From positions 40,302,001 to 40,366,000 of the forward strand of contig CM052817.1 of the NCBI GenBank assembly GCA_028534125.1: a stretch of 64,000 nucleotides of DNA. Direction: 5' to 3'. Made by a program: the position numbers and the translations under genes. The notes under the pieces were generated by a model. The model was not told the origin of the DNA. It ran no database searches and was given only the letters and a program-made list of their open reading frames with translations. Shown here one piece after another: positions 37,656-49,515 of the stretch. Position 1 is the first letter of the stretch, and each line of letters starts with the position of its first letter. The stretch comes from Lama glama. Taxonomy: Eukaryota.

Positions 37656-40016
37656 AAATCCTTACGTTTTGTTTCAGTTTGTTTATTTCATCTTGTCTTT
37701 CCATGACCTTGTTTGACCTTGTCCACGACCCCAGTGTATCACTGATGACATCCTATCCCATATGCCATTGATAATATAACATCTTGACTTTGGTTCCTTC
37801 AGTCTCTTTCCAGAGACTGACCCAGGAGTTGTAGAAGGCTTGGAGATCACAGTATATAAATGCTGCCTCACTGGAAAGGCACGATATATATAAATCAGAG
37901 GTGACCAGAAAGGCAAGCATGAAAATAGCACCCCTGATTTTTTTTCCCCCAGTAGCACATGATACAGCATTGAGTAATTGCTGGGTATATTTGACAGATC
38001 GGGAGTACAGTTCATTAGGGAGCTGGGGGACTCAAAAATCAGGCTGCCTTCAGGAAAATTTATGAGGGGATTACTGTGTGCAGCCACCAGTAAATAGAGC
38101 GCCAGGAATCTGAGCTGAATTGATGATCTTCCACCTGAGTGGGCCCTGTGTCCACTGAGCAAAACTTTCTTGAGTCAAAGTGACTTAGGGGGGAAATTGT
38201 GAGAAACAGGACGGATAAAACAAAAAATGAACATCCAGAATCTCTGGGAACAGAACCAAATTCATAGGAGCAATACTATTTCTACCACATTCTTGGTCAA
38301 AAAAATCTGAACATGTCATTCACAGAAGAAAACAAACCCGTAGAAAAGGATTCAGCTTCCCTAGTAATTGTGGGAACCTAAAAGCACAAAATCAGGCAAA
38401 GCCAGTTAAACTGGTAAAAATACATTATAATTACGAAATTAAAATCTGGCCGGGCTGTTGAGAAATGTGTCTTCTCATCCTGACATAAATTAGTCCAATA
38501 TTTCTGGAAAGCAACATGGCAAATGTTAGTGAGCCATGGGATAGCACACTCCTTGGCCTGGTAAACATGCATTTGAGACCACAGCCTGGAGAAATAACTC
38601 AAAAGAAGAAAAACAGAGGGAAAAAAACAGAAAAAAAGAAAAATAGAAACATACCTAAAAACTGTAAGATTAAAACAAACTATGGTGTAATAATGAAATA
38701 TAGTATTACTATTAACAATGATAAGAATGGTAAAAAATGATAAATTTGTGTATTATGAAAACAAATAGAAGAGCTGATAGAAAATAATGCCTTGAGCTGA
38801 AATTTTATGGATGTTGACTATGGGTATGTTAAAAAAAAATGCCCAAACAGCAATAAAGCTAAAAAGAGATGACTCAGTTTTATTACGCGGCAGGATGAGA
38901 AGTGAATCTGATCCTTCGGTTGTTTTGGTGTTTGTATTTAATCGCTCATTACAAAGTTGGTTAAAAACACAGTTATGTACACTGAACTATATATTGTAAT
39001 TTATCGAGACAGAAAGAGGTAGACCCTTCTACCTCCATCTTGTTTGTGACAGCCTCACGATCGTACCCACGAGCAGGACCAGCACAGAAGTGCCCTCTCG
39101 GGGCTGCACAACTTCCCTGCTGATTATACAGGGGGAGCCTTGAGAGGCTGCAGGAGAAAGTCATGTTGGGTTGACTGTCTGGGTCGGCTCCTCTGATGAG
39201 AGCTTTTCCTCCTGGGATCTGGTCTTGCACTGTTTGGGGTTTTTTGGGAAGTGAGGGAGGCCAAGTGTTGGCTCCTTTCTCCCCTTGTAAGAATTTCCCC
39301 CTTGCTTAAGCCAACACCACGTTTCCCCGTTAGAGGCCTCCTTTTCCTTCTGGTCCGATTCTTCTTGCCCCACAAGCTTGACATCCTCTGTGGGTTGTCT
39401 TTGCTCTTATCCACCTCTAACAGCAACAGTTATCCTAATAAAATATAGTCACACATTTCCTCCAAGTAGCTAGATGTTCTTAAAGGTTGAGACACAGGCG
39501 TCGTTTTATTTCATAGTGGCTTTTTCTTTTTGTCCTTGCACACGTGGAAGCAGGCACTACATTTCATCGGTCCCACACGTTTGCTTCTTTGCAGCAGCAG
39601 AGAGACCTGAAGCTCTGCACTTTGACAGAATTCTGCTTACATCAGGCAGTTCTTAAAGTCGGAGGGTGATCGGTCTGGTTCAGCACCATCTGCTTTCACG
39701 GGAAGATTAACTATGCACCTGAGGCCCAGTGTGGAGAGATTCACGTTTCCACCCTCACATGGTCAGAAGATGCTTCATAGCATGTGCTGCCCAAGCACAC
39801 GAGAGAACAGGCAGGGGTCTTCATGAGTGTTTACCTGAGAAGTTGTTACAGGGTTCTCAGCCTCTTGTTTCCAAATTCTTTCTCCCCTCTCTTCCCTTTC
39901 TCATATTTTTCTTTTTTTTTCCATCCACAAATTGGAGGCCTTCATATTAATAAGGTAACACTTACTCAGCATGTGCTGTGCATCAGACATGCTTGCATAT
40001 ATTAACTTATTTACTT

Positions 40017-40350
40017 ATTTTTATTAAAACATTCTTTATTGAAGTATAGTTGATTTACAATGTGTTAGATTCTGGTTCACAGCATAGTGATTCATTTCTA
40101 CAGATATACATTCCCTTTCATATTCTTTTTCATTATAGGCTGTTACAAGCTATTGAATAGAATTCCCTGTACTAGACAGTAGGACCTGGTTATCTATTTT
40201 ATATATAGCAGTTTGTATCTGCTTGTTCCAAACTCCCAACTTATCCCTCCCTGCCCCCTTTCTCCCCTCATCGCTGTTAAGTTTATTTTCTATGTCTGTG
40301 AGTCTGTTTCTATTTGTAAATAAGTTCATGTGTGTCATTTTTTTAGATTC
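40017..40350 (-). mobile_element. L1 3' end inserted into a MIR (~39950-40550)
   Basis: L1 3'UTR motifs. The flanking MIR halves rejoin across it (...atattaac | tatttaatcttcacagc...gaggaaacaggcac). Confidence 0.8.
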
Positions 40351-40659
40351 TGTTAAGGTATTTAATCTTCACAGCCGCTACCACTTCCCACCACTGCCTT
40401 CACAACAAGGTGGAAGGAGTCAGTTATTAGCCCCGTTTTATAGCTGAGGAAACAGGCACATAAAACCTAAGTAACTTGTCCAAGTTCAGGACGTGGTGGA
40501 ACCATGCCGCTGGCCCAAAGTGCAGCCTCAGGGCCCCTGAGCTGTACCAGCTCGTGACAGTGGGCCAGGCCTCGCTTGCCCTTGCTCTGGGAAGAGAAGA
40601 CCAAAGCCAGAGTGAGGAGTGAGGTAAAGGGGTGTGTGTGGGGGGGGGTGGGGGGAGCC

Positions 40660-40870
40660 TGACCTGTTGTCTGTCATTTACTGTATGATTACATCACATT
40701 GCTTAACCTCTCTGATTCTCGGTTTCTTCATTTGTAAAATTGCAGAATTGTTAATAGTATTTAACTCCTCAGAGAGATGTTGTGATGAGTAAATGTGTTA
40801 TAAAGTCCTTAGAGCAGGGGCTGGTGCAGAGTGACTGTGCTTAATAAATGCTAGCCCTTATCATCACTGT
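40660..40870 (+). mobile_element. MIR SINE
   Basis: 'gcttaacctctctgattctcggtttcttcatttgtaaaat...ttaataaatgctagc'. Confidence 0.7.
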
Positions 40871-42525
40871 CATCATTCATGCCTGTGTTTGGGGACCACT
40901 GCTCCACCCTTTTCCCTAGATGGTGGGGATGTAAATGCCACTTCTAACAAGCTCTGGTGCCACTGCTGCTTCTGGTCTGAGAACCACACTTTGAGAACCA
41001 CTGAGGAAGAGAATTCTGAAGCTCTCCCTCTCTTAGCAGCTGGTGTTCCGTTTCTTTCCGTGAGCTCTGTCCCTGGAATATATTCACTTTCTAGAGTCAG
41101 GGGACCCGGGAGCTGTGCCCTAGTTTGCAGGGCTGTCAATAACCAGTGAAAAATACCGCCTTAGAACCTCGCCAGGGCCTGAGGTTTCAGCCTGACAGGT
41201 GGTGAAGTTTCAACCACGGGAAGACCCAACAGTGAGTAGACTTGGGCTAGCAAATGTTGAACACAGAATAGGCACAGAAACACGCCTGGATGAGTGGCTC
41301 TGTGGATAGAAACAGCAGATGATTTTGGAAGTAATAGGAGAGGAGAGGAAAGAATCTTCCTCCCCTGAAAAAAGTGGTCTTTGAGCAAAGATGGAAGTGG
41401 TGAAGGATAGTGAGGGGAGGAGGTGAGGGACCCTCATTGCAACATTCATGCCTGGAATTGGGCTTGTAAGAGGCGAAAGCTGGGGGCATCTTGGTCTGAT
41501 GCACAGATGACAGCTTGCCTTTTCCAACGTAAAAGATGAGATTATATAAATGAGGAAAAGAACTGGGAACTGCAATCATTTTCCTACCTCTGGGGAGGGA
41601 GGGGAGTGAGGAGTATGTTGGCCCATTGAGGATCCTTTCAGTTGTGTGGCTGCCGGGTCTGAATTCTCTCCAGCTCACTCTCTGTCTTAGCAGGTGGAGG
41701 GTGAAGGGGGATCCCCGCCCAGGGCTCCAAACCCAAGAATCCATGCTCATCAGACCCACGCTGCATCCCAGCAGCTGGAGAGGCTCCGTGCAGGATGCAG
41801 ATAAGCTCTGAAAATAACAATTCCACTTCCAGGCTGCAAGCGCAGAGCTGGGACGTGACGTCAGGTCCCCGATCCTGGGCCCCTGGATGTGGTCTGTACT
41901 GTAGTTGTTGCCGCGGTGATGGTGGCTGCTTCCAGGACTCTCGCAGCCCCAAGCCCTGTCCTGGAGTGGCTCACGGCAGAAGGCTGCACTGGGGAGAGGG
42001 GGGAGGAGGGAACGGGTGCTCTCTGCAGGTGGCCTGCTGTGCCCTCACCAGCCCTTCAGCAGAGCTGTCCTCACCAGGCTGGACACGTGCCAGGCCTCGG
42101 CCCCACAGAAGCCTTCTCACCTCAGCTTCCTGGCCAAGGCAGAATAATTGTTGCTTCCAGCTGCAACCAGCTGGCTATGGGGAGAAGGCACCCCCAGGGG
42201 AGAACTCTGCTGTATCCTCCACACCCGCCATCCTCAGCTATCAAGAGTGGCAGGCTTGGTCCTCCACATATCAGTCATCCAGCTGAAAATGAAAGTGAAA
42301 AGAAAGGAATTGAAAAGCACTAGAACACCATGGTGGGGGTGGAGCACGCCAGTCTGGTTGTGGACGGGTCTGCGGGGAGGGCCTTCTACACACCGCAAGC
42401 AGAAGGGTTGACTTGCTTGGAGACTGTAAGCACTTGACTGGAACCTTCTCTAGAAGGAGCAGTTTTTCAAGAGTCATGCTTTTTGTATTCAAGAAGACGA
42501 TGGTGTGTTTAAAATGCTTTCTCTT

Positions 42526-43049
42526 TTGTTGGTTTTTTTTGGTCTTTTTACATTATAGTTGATTTACAATTTTGTGTTAGTTTTTGGTGTACAGCATAGT
42601 GATTCAGTCACACACACGTATATATACATAATATTTTTCATATTCTTTTTTGTTATAATTTATTGCAAAATATTGAATACATCTCCCTGTGCTATACAGT
42701 AGGACCTTGTTGTTTATCTATTTTATATACTGTAGTTTGTATCTGCTAATCCCAAACTCACAATTTATCCCTCTCCTACCCCTTCCCCCTTTGGTAACCA
42801 TAAGTTTGATGATTGGATAAAGAAGTTGTTTGGATAAACATAGACACACACACACACATACATACACAATGGAATACTACTCAGCCATAAAAAAGAATGA
42901 ATCATGCCATTTGCAGCAACCTGGATGGACCTAGAGATGATCATACTAAGTGAAGTAAGTCAGACAGAGAAAGACTAATATCATATGATATCATTTATGT
43001 GTGGAATCTAAAAAATGATACCAAACAGAAACAGACTCACAGACACAAT
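42526..43049 (-). mobile_element. 5'-inverted L1 insertion (twin-priming structure)
   Basis: A minus-strand 3' end (42526-42808) is joined to the plus-strand upstream L1 segment (42808-43047). A single perfect 12-bp TSD atgctttctctt lies at 42514-42525 / 43050-43061. Confidence 0.88.
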
Positions 43050-43873
43050 ATGCTTTCTCTTATACGTATCCCTTCCACGCCTTCTCCCTACTTCTATTTA
43101 TTGACGACTATTTACTATTCCATTGACAAACTTTTCTTTACTCAGATGTGTGGGGTGCAGAGCTGTGTGCTGGTTGGGTGAAGCCCAGAGCTGATGGCTG
43201 CTCCCAGGGAGCTGACAGTGTAGTGTATCAGACAAAGTATAATACAGGAAAAGGGAACTGACTTCTTACAGGACCCTCAGTAATTCTAACCTGCTGTTCC
43301 CCAGCCACCTGCTCAACCTCCAACTCTGGCCCAGGTTCCATGCTCCCCAAATGACCCCTTAACTCCCGTCACCATCTGAGGTGCAGCTTCTCTCTTCTGG
43401 GAAACCCTACTTTACCCTTCCAGCCCAGACGCATCCCTTTGCCTTCTGAACAGCAGTACCCTCGCATCCACAGACTCAGCCATCTATCACAAGCCTTAGG
43501 AATGGAAACCTCTCAGGAACTTGGATTCTTTCATTTCAGGGATGCTGTTTCAGCTTCCGAGGGCTCAAAGATGGTTTCCTCACAGATGAGGTGGAGGGTG
43601 AGGTTCAGAGCTACCACTCTCTTGGTCTCACAGAACCTCTGGCCTTTCTCCATGCACTTCCATGCCATTCTGCCTCCCCTCTGCCTGGGCAATCCCCATT
43701 CCTTCTCAGAAACCCAGCTCGGAAACCACATCCTCTTTGCAGCCCGCCCAACTTCTCCAGACAGACGCAGTCACTACTGCACTGGTGCACAGGTTAGATC
43801 CTCTTTTAGATCCTCATACTTGTGTTGTGCTGGGAATAACTGGCTGGATTTTGATTTAAAAGACTATTTCTTG

Positions 43874-43927
43874 ACACCAGAAATTGACACATTATAACTG
43901 ACTATACTTCAATTTTAAAAAACCTCA
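43874..43927 (+). mobile_element. Extremely 5'-truncated L1 (~54 bp)
   Basis: 'acaccagaaattgacacattataactgactatacttcaat' plus an A-rich tail. The perfect 11-bp TSD actatttcttg is at 43863-43873 / 43928-43938. Confidence 0.85.
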
Positions 43928-44547
43928 ACTATTTCTTGGCTTGAGATGTAACCTTTGCAAGTGACCTTCCTGGATGATGGGGATGGAATAGTCTTCACTC
44001 TGGAAATTGGAGAATCTGCTCTCCTACTGGTTGAAACCTGCTGTAAGTGGGAATAATAAACAATGGTTCTCAAACTCGCTTACACTTTGTAATCACCGGA
44101 AAGCTTTAAAGATACCAGCGCTGCCCCCGGCCCCCGGCCCCCTGCCCCGAGATCTGATTTCCAGACACTGTTCAGACAGCTGCCTGATGACTCTCTTCAG
44201 AAAGGAGGAGACCTGTAATTGGTAACTCGGGGGACCCACAATGCCAGGGGAGAACTGTGAGAACGAAAACATGTTAAAGGAAAAATAGATAAATAAATAA
44301 AAAGACAGGTGGACAAAAACAAGACCTACACAGGTAAATTCAGAATGACGATTCTTAAATGGTCTAACCTACTGGACTAGCAAAGATGGGGAAAAGATGC
44401 AGAGGCAGTAAGAGAGATGGTCTTGCTCACTGAAAGCTCGAGGCCAAAGGGGAGAGGCTGAGAGCATCCGGGCTTCCCCAGACCCAGGGAAACACCAGTT
44501 GGTGAGGGATTTACCTGTGAAGTCAGAACAGTTTTGACTGGCTGCTG

Positions 44548-45962
44548 CGTGTCTTAGAATTTTCATGGATGAGCTAAAGCTGTCTGTCTAAGGGATAGAC
44601 AGGAAGGACCGTTCGTTCTCAAAACACCAAAAGGGAACCAAAGCCTAGAGCATTTCCGTGCCTAGGAGGTGGGAGGAAGAACATTCACAGAGGCTGGGGA
44701 TGCAGGAGTGGGCCGGGGTGCACACTGCGAGGGCATCGCCCACTGTGCTCGGGGAGGCTGGCATCCCTTCGTGGACTCTTCCAGAGAGAGTGCAGGTCGC
44801 ACCCTCTGCAGCTGGGCAGCACTGTGGCCATGTCCACTGCATATCATTGTTGCTCCCAAATCCCCACGTCCTACATCCATGTTTAGGGTTTCATGTGAAG
44901 CCAAGGATGAGGAGATGTGAGTGGAGAATTTGACAGGTTCCTCTGGTGGGGAAATCCCTCTTCCCTTGGCTGTGAACCCAAGAGCCTCAGGCATGAGATG
45001 GGGTGGCCCCTTGTATAACGCTCCCCTAACTTATCCTGTGACCACTGTAAGGAGAACCCGACCCCACTCCATTGGAGATGGGTCGGCCTCCACCTACCAC
45101 CTTTGAGGGTAGGACGAGCCTGGGCAGTGATGATGGGTGCCCTTCGGGGCTTGGGAAATCCAGAGGAAAAGGAAAAGCTGTCTTTTTTTCCCTGACCAGT
45201 CAAGACTGATGTGTGGCATCTCCTAGGGAGAGGGACAGGGTGAGGAGGGTCACAGGAACCCCGTGTTCCTGGGACAGGAATGTGCCAAGAAGCACAGGCT
45301 TCATCCAGCCCTGTGAGCTTCAAACTGCAGAGTGTAACCTCGTAGCGGCCATGAAGCGCTTTAGTTTGGACTGTGACTGACATCTAAAATATGACAAACA
45401 GAAGATAACAGTGCATTGCCTTTAGTGAGGATTAAGGAGTGTTTTATGAAAATTTTATTCAGTTCTGTGTGTGTGTCCAAGGTTGCAGTGGGTAATATAG
45501 TTTACTTCAGTCTCTAGATTAAACAAATTTTATAAAAATAAAATCTATTTATTTATAAATAATTAAATAAACAGCTGCCTCCTTCTCAAGCAGAATAAAA
45601 ACAACCAGTTTTTTGTTTTCATCGTAGAGTCTGGGTAACTCAAATTTGCCTGCTTGGGAAAGTTCTCTTAACCTCGCTGTGAACGTGCAGGGTTATTTTT
45701 TCAGCGGCAGGCGTGCTGGTTGCATGTGCCTCTGAGAGCCTTAGCGAAGGACGCTGTCTCCACTCCACTGGCGAGGGGCGTCGGGGGCCTCAGCAACTTG
45801 ACGGCCTTCCAGTTGGCTTCTCCTCGCTTCTTTTCCGTGACTCTCCTTGTTACTTGAATGCTACTCCCCTCAGGTTTGGGCCCAAATTAAATGGTTCTTT
45901 CTAGGGCTTTAGCGTCACGAGGCATCGTGTCTTAGAATTTTCATGGATGAGCTAAAGCTGTC
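44548..45962 (+). repeat. Perfect 37-bp direct repeat pair (44548-44584 and 45926-45962)
   Basis: cgtgtcttagaattttcatggatgagctaaagctgtc occurs twice, 1378 bp apart. Confidence 0.92.
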
Positions 45963-46859
45963 ACAATAACAAATGGGATAAAACACAGACGCCCATGGCA
46001 CCCAACGCTGTCGTTTTTGTTTGTTTGGGAGACAAAAAGGTGCTGTCGGGGTACTGTGAGTAATTGATGGTGAAATGAAAAGGAAACTCGGGTATGGGTT
46101 TTGCCCTCGGAAAGGTAGTGCTGGCTGACGGGGTAGGGGTGTGGTGGCAGTTCTCCTGGGGTTTGAATTGAATTCATGTTCAAGGTTTTATGCTAAACAT
46201 CAAAGCCTTTGTCCTTCAGTCCCTCCAACGCTGAGAATGGCCTATCATCTCCATTGCATGTGAAGTGGAAAGATTTATTTTTTCCTAAAGCTGAGGGAAG
46301 TTATTTTTTTAAAGCAATAAAGTATTCCAAGGTCTTGATATAGATTACAGGAAAGGCTTTGGCTTCCTTCTTGTGGAACCATTCTGATTTGATTTTTCTT
46401 TTTTGTTAAATTGGCCTTCACGAACCCCCTCTTCAATTCTTCCTGATTATTATCTGAAATACAATGCACCTTCTAACCAAATGCGTCCTCTGTTTTCTCT
46501 GCATGGGGGAGGGTGAAATGCTCTCTCAAGTACCTTTATTGTGCTCATTAGAAAAAATGCAACATATAGTTTCTCTCAGTTCCAGTACGGCCTGCGGGAC
46601 AGGTTCTGGGGCCAGAATGTCTGGGTTCTTATCTTCCTGCTGCCGCTGGCAGCTCCCACTGCTCACAGTCATGATAATAACAGCAATTCTAAGGAGATTT
46701 ATCACCTGCCTACTGTCTATCATGCTGTGGACATTCCTCATCTTTAATCCTAAAAACAACCCTTCCAAATTTGTTTTGTTCTATCCATTTCACAGATGAG
46801 GAAACTGAGACTCAGAAATGATCAAGAAGACAGAAATATAGCCACATGTACATCTTTTT

Positions 46860-47011
46860 AAAAAAATATTTGTTTGTGATTTTTTGTTTGTGTAGGGAGG
46901 AGGTAATTAGATTTATTTAGTTAGTTATTTTAATAGAGGTACTGGGGATTGAACCCAGGACCTCGTGCATGCTAAGCATGTGCTCTACCACTGAGCTATA
47001 CCCTCCTCCCC
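46860..47011 (-). mobile_element. tRNA-Ala-derived SINE (long-tail form)
   Basis: Near-consensus head and the 'ggaggtaattag' tail motif. The perfect TSD tacatcttttt is at 46849-46859 / 47012-47022. Confidence 0.9.
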
Positions 47012-47661
47012 TACATCTTTTTTTATTACCTCTTTTTTTATCTGACTTTGCCGCTTATTTTAGGGCCTACTTAGTTGTGGGCAGGGAGAAGTATGCCTGT
47101 ATTTAATCACTTGAGTGTCATAAAGCAAGGTTTAACACGCATCCTCATGTGCTGGCCCTCTGCATTCTGATTTGGAAGTTTGACAGGTTGGGGTGTTAAT
47201 GTGTGGTGCAAAAGAAGAAAGGTGAAATTTAGTATCTGTGTGTTGATTTTTAGTGACATTTGTTTCCCCCAAAGTTTTAATATGAACATTTTCAAACACA
47301 GATTTTCAAAGAATAATGCAGTGAACACTAGCACATCTAATACTAGAGTCAACAATAATTACCCTTCTGCCACATTTGCTTTATCTGCGTGTAATTTTTT
47401 CTCAATCATTTAAAAGTAAATTGCAGATATTTTCGCCCTTTATTCCTGAATAATTCCACATGCATCCCCTAAAAATAAGGACACTGTCATAAATTAATAA
47501 TAATTTATCTAGCTTGTATTCAGATTTCTCTAGTTGTTTGCAAACTAGCTTTTTAAATTGATTTTTTAAACATATATTCAACGAAGCTTACTGAAATGCA
47601 TTTGAGTGTTGTTTTTTTCTCTGTCTTTAAAATAGACTCTCATCTTTGACATTGACTTTTT

Positions 47662-48283
47662 AAAATTTTAACTTTTGTTTATTGAAGTTTGATTTACAAT
47701 GTGTTAGCTTCTGGTGTACAGCACAGTGATTCAGTTATACACATATTTTATATATATATATATATTCTTTTTATATTCTTTTTCATTATAGGTTATTACA
47801 AGATATTGAATGTATTTCCCTGTACTATACTGTAGGACCTTGTTGTTTAACTATTTTATATATAGTAGTTAATATCTGCTAATCCCAAACTCCTATTTTA
47901 TTCCTCCTATCTTTCCTCCTTAGTAACTATAAGTTTGTTTTCTTTGACTGTGTCTTGTTTTGTAAATAAGTTCATTTGTATCATTTGTTTAAGATTCCAT
48001 ATATAAGTGATAGGATATTTGTCTTTCTCTGACTTACTTCACTTAGTATGATAATTTCTAGGTCCATCCATGTTGCTGCAAATAGCATTATTTCATTCTT
48101 TTTTTATGGCTGAGTGATATCCCATTACATATATATATATACACACATACACACATACACACACACACCACATCTTCTTTATCCAGACATTTAGGTTGCT
48201 TCCATGTCTTGGCTATTGTAAACAGTGCTGCTATGAACATTGGGGTGCATGTATCTTTTCAAATTAGGGTTTTTTTCTGGATA
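47662..48283 (-). mobile_element. Younger L1 3' portion
   Basis: L1 3'UTR and ORF2 end. The perfect 16-bp TSD ttgacattgacttttt is at 47646-47661 / 48284-48299. Confidence 0.92.
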
Positions 48284-48662
48284 TTGACATTGACTTTTTG
48301 AAGAGACCAGGCCAATTTCTGTAGAATGTTCCACATTTTGAATTGTCTGCTTGTTCCCTGCCCCATATTCTGTATACTGGGAGCTAGGTATAAAAGCATA
48401 TTTAGATGAAAGTAAGCCTATTTGGCACCGATGCATCAACAGTGATGCTATGTGCGTCATATTTATTCCATCAAAAGGCATCCAGCATCAAGTTCTTCAC
48501 TATTACTGATGCTAAATTTCATCTCTTGGTTAAGTGTCAGATTCCTCCTTTGTGAAACTTGATTTCCCCCTTTACAGTTACTAAGAAGTCTGGGGGATGG
48601 CACTTTGACCCCATGGGGATATCCAGCTTCCAACAGTCCTTTGACCTGATGCTTTTAGTATC

Positions 48663-49067
48663 TGTATTAGTTTGCTATGGCAACCGGAACAAAGTAGCAC
48701 AGACTGGGTGGCTTGAGCAACAGAAATGTATTCCATGATTCCGGAGGGCAGAGGCCTTAAGTCAAGGTGTTGGCAGAGTTGGTTCCTTCTGAGGGCTCCG
48801 AGGCAAGGGTCTGTTCCAGGCTTCTCTCCTTGGCTTGCAGATGGCCATCTCCCTGTGTCACTTCACATCGTCTTCCCTCTGTGTGTGCCTGTGTCCCAAG
48901 TTACCCTTCTTAGAAGGACGCCAGTCGTACTGGATTAGGGCTCACCCTGTCCTACAGGGTCCAACTGTAAAGATCCTGTCTGCATATATGGTCACATTCT
49001 GGGGGCACCGGCAGGATTAGGACTTCAACTTGTGCAATTTTGGGGAGACCCAGGTCAACTCATAATG
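48663..49067 (-). mobile_element. MaLR solo LTR (MLT1B/C group)
   Basis: It starts tgtattagtttgct and includes 'cacagactgggtggctt' and 'ggattagggctcaccct'. A 5-bp TSD-like gtatc/gcatc flanks it. Confidence 0.85.
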
Positions 49068-49104
49068 GCATCCATTGATGATTCTTGCTGGAATCCATTA
49101 TTTA

Positions 49105-49515
49105 TCGGGTTCTTAGGTTGGGTTCTTTGGGAAACAGATTCTGTGCTGCAGACTTGTGTGCCGGTTTATGGGGGACCGTGCTTGGTAACATCTGCAAGAA
49201 GATGAGAGAAGCTAAACTGCGGTGTGGTTGCCGCAGAGGCCCCCGTCTCTGCTTCGGGCAGCTCTGGACGGGATGGTCCTTCAGAGATGAGGCAAACTGA
49301 GGCCAAGGCCAGGGCTTTGTAGCCCTGTATCAGCTAAGCCTTGCATGCAGGCTGCCCCCAGGGAGGGGGCAGAACCTTGGGCTGGGCAGCTTCCTTCCGT
49401 GGAGGGCAGTGTCTAGGGGGAGACTCAGCTGTGAGCTGTTAGGCACCAACAGTGCCAGTGGTTGGAGAAATGAGTGCCTGGGTCCCAAAGGGAGGGTTGG
49501 TGGAGTTGTCCCCCG
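49105..49515. mobile_element. Probable old LTR (MLT1/ERVL-type)
   Basis: 'ttaggttgggttctttgggaaacagattctg' resembles an old MaLR terminus, and it interrupts the L1ME sequence. Confidence 0.45.

Noticed and set aside
41210..42323. Cluster of 120-170 aa overlapping ORFs (similar clusters at 15547-16216, 44645-45383 and 54558-55109)
   Set aside because: Long ORFs are expected in GC-rich DNA with few stop codons. I recognise no protein family or exon structure in them.
44548..45962. 37-bp repeats as a CRISPR array or prophage att sites
   Set aside because: This is mammalian DNA with only two copies and a 1.3-kb spacer, and no cas or integrase genes are present.
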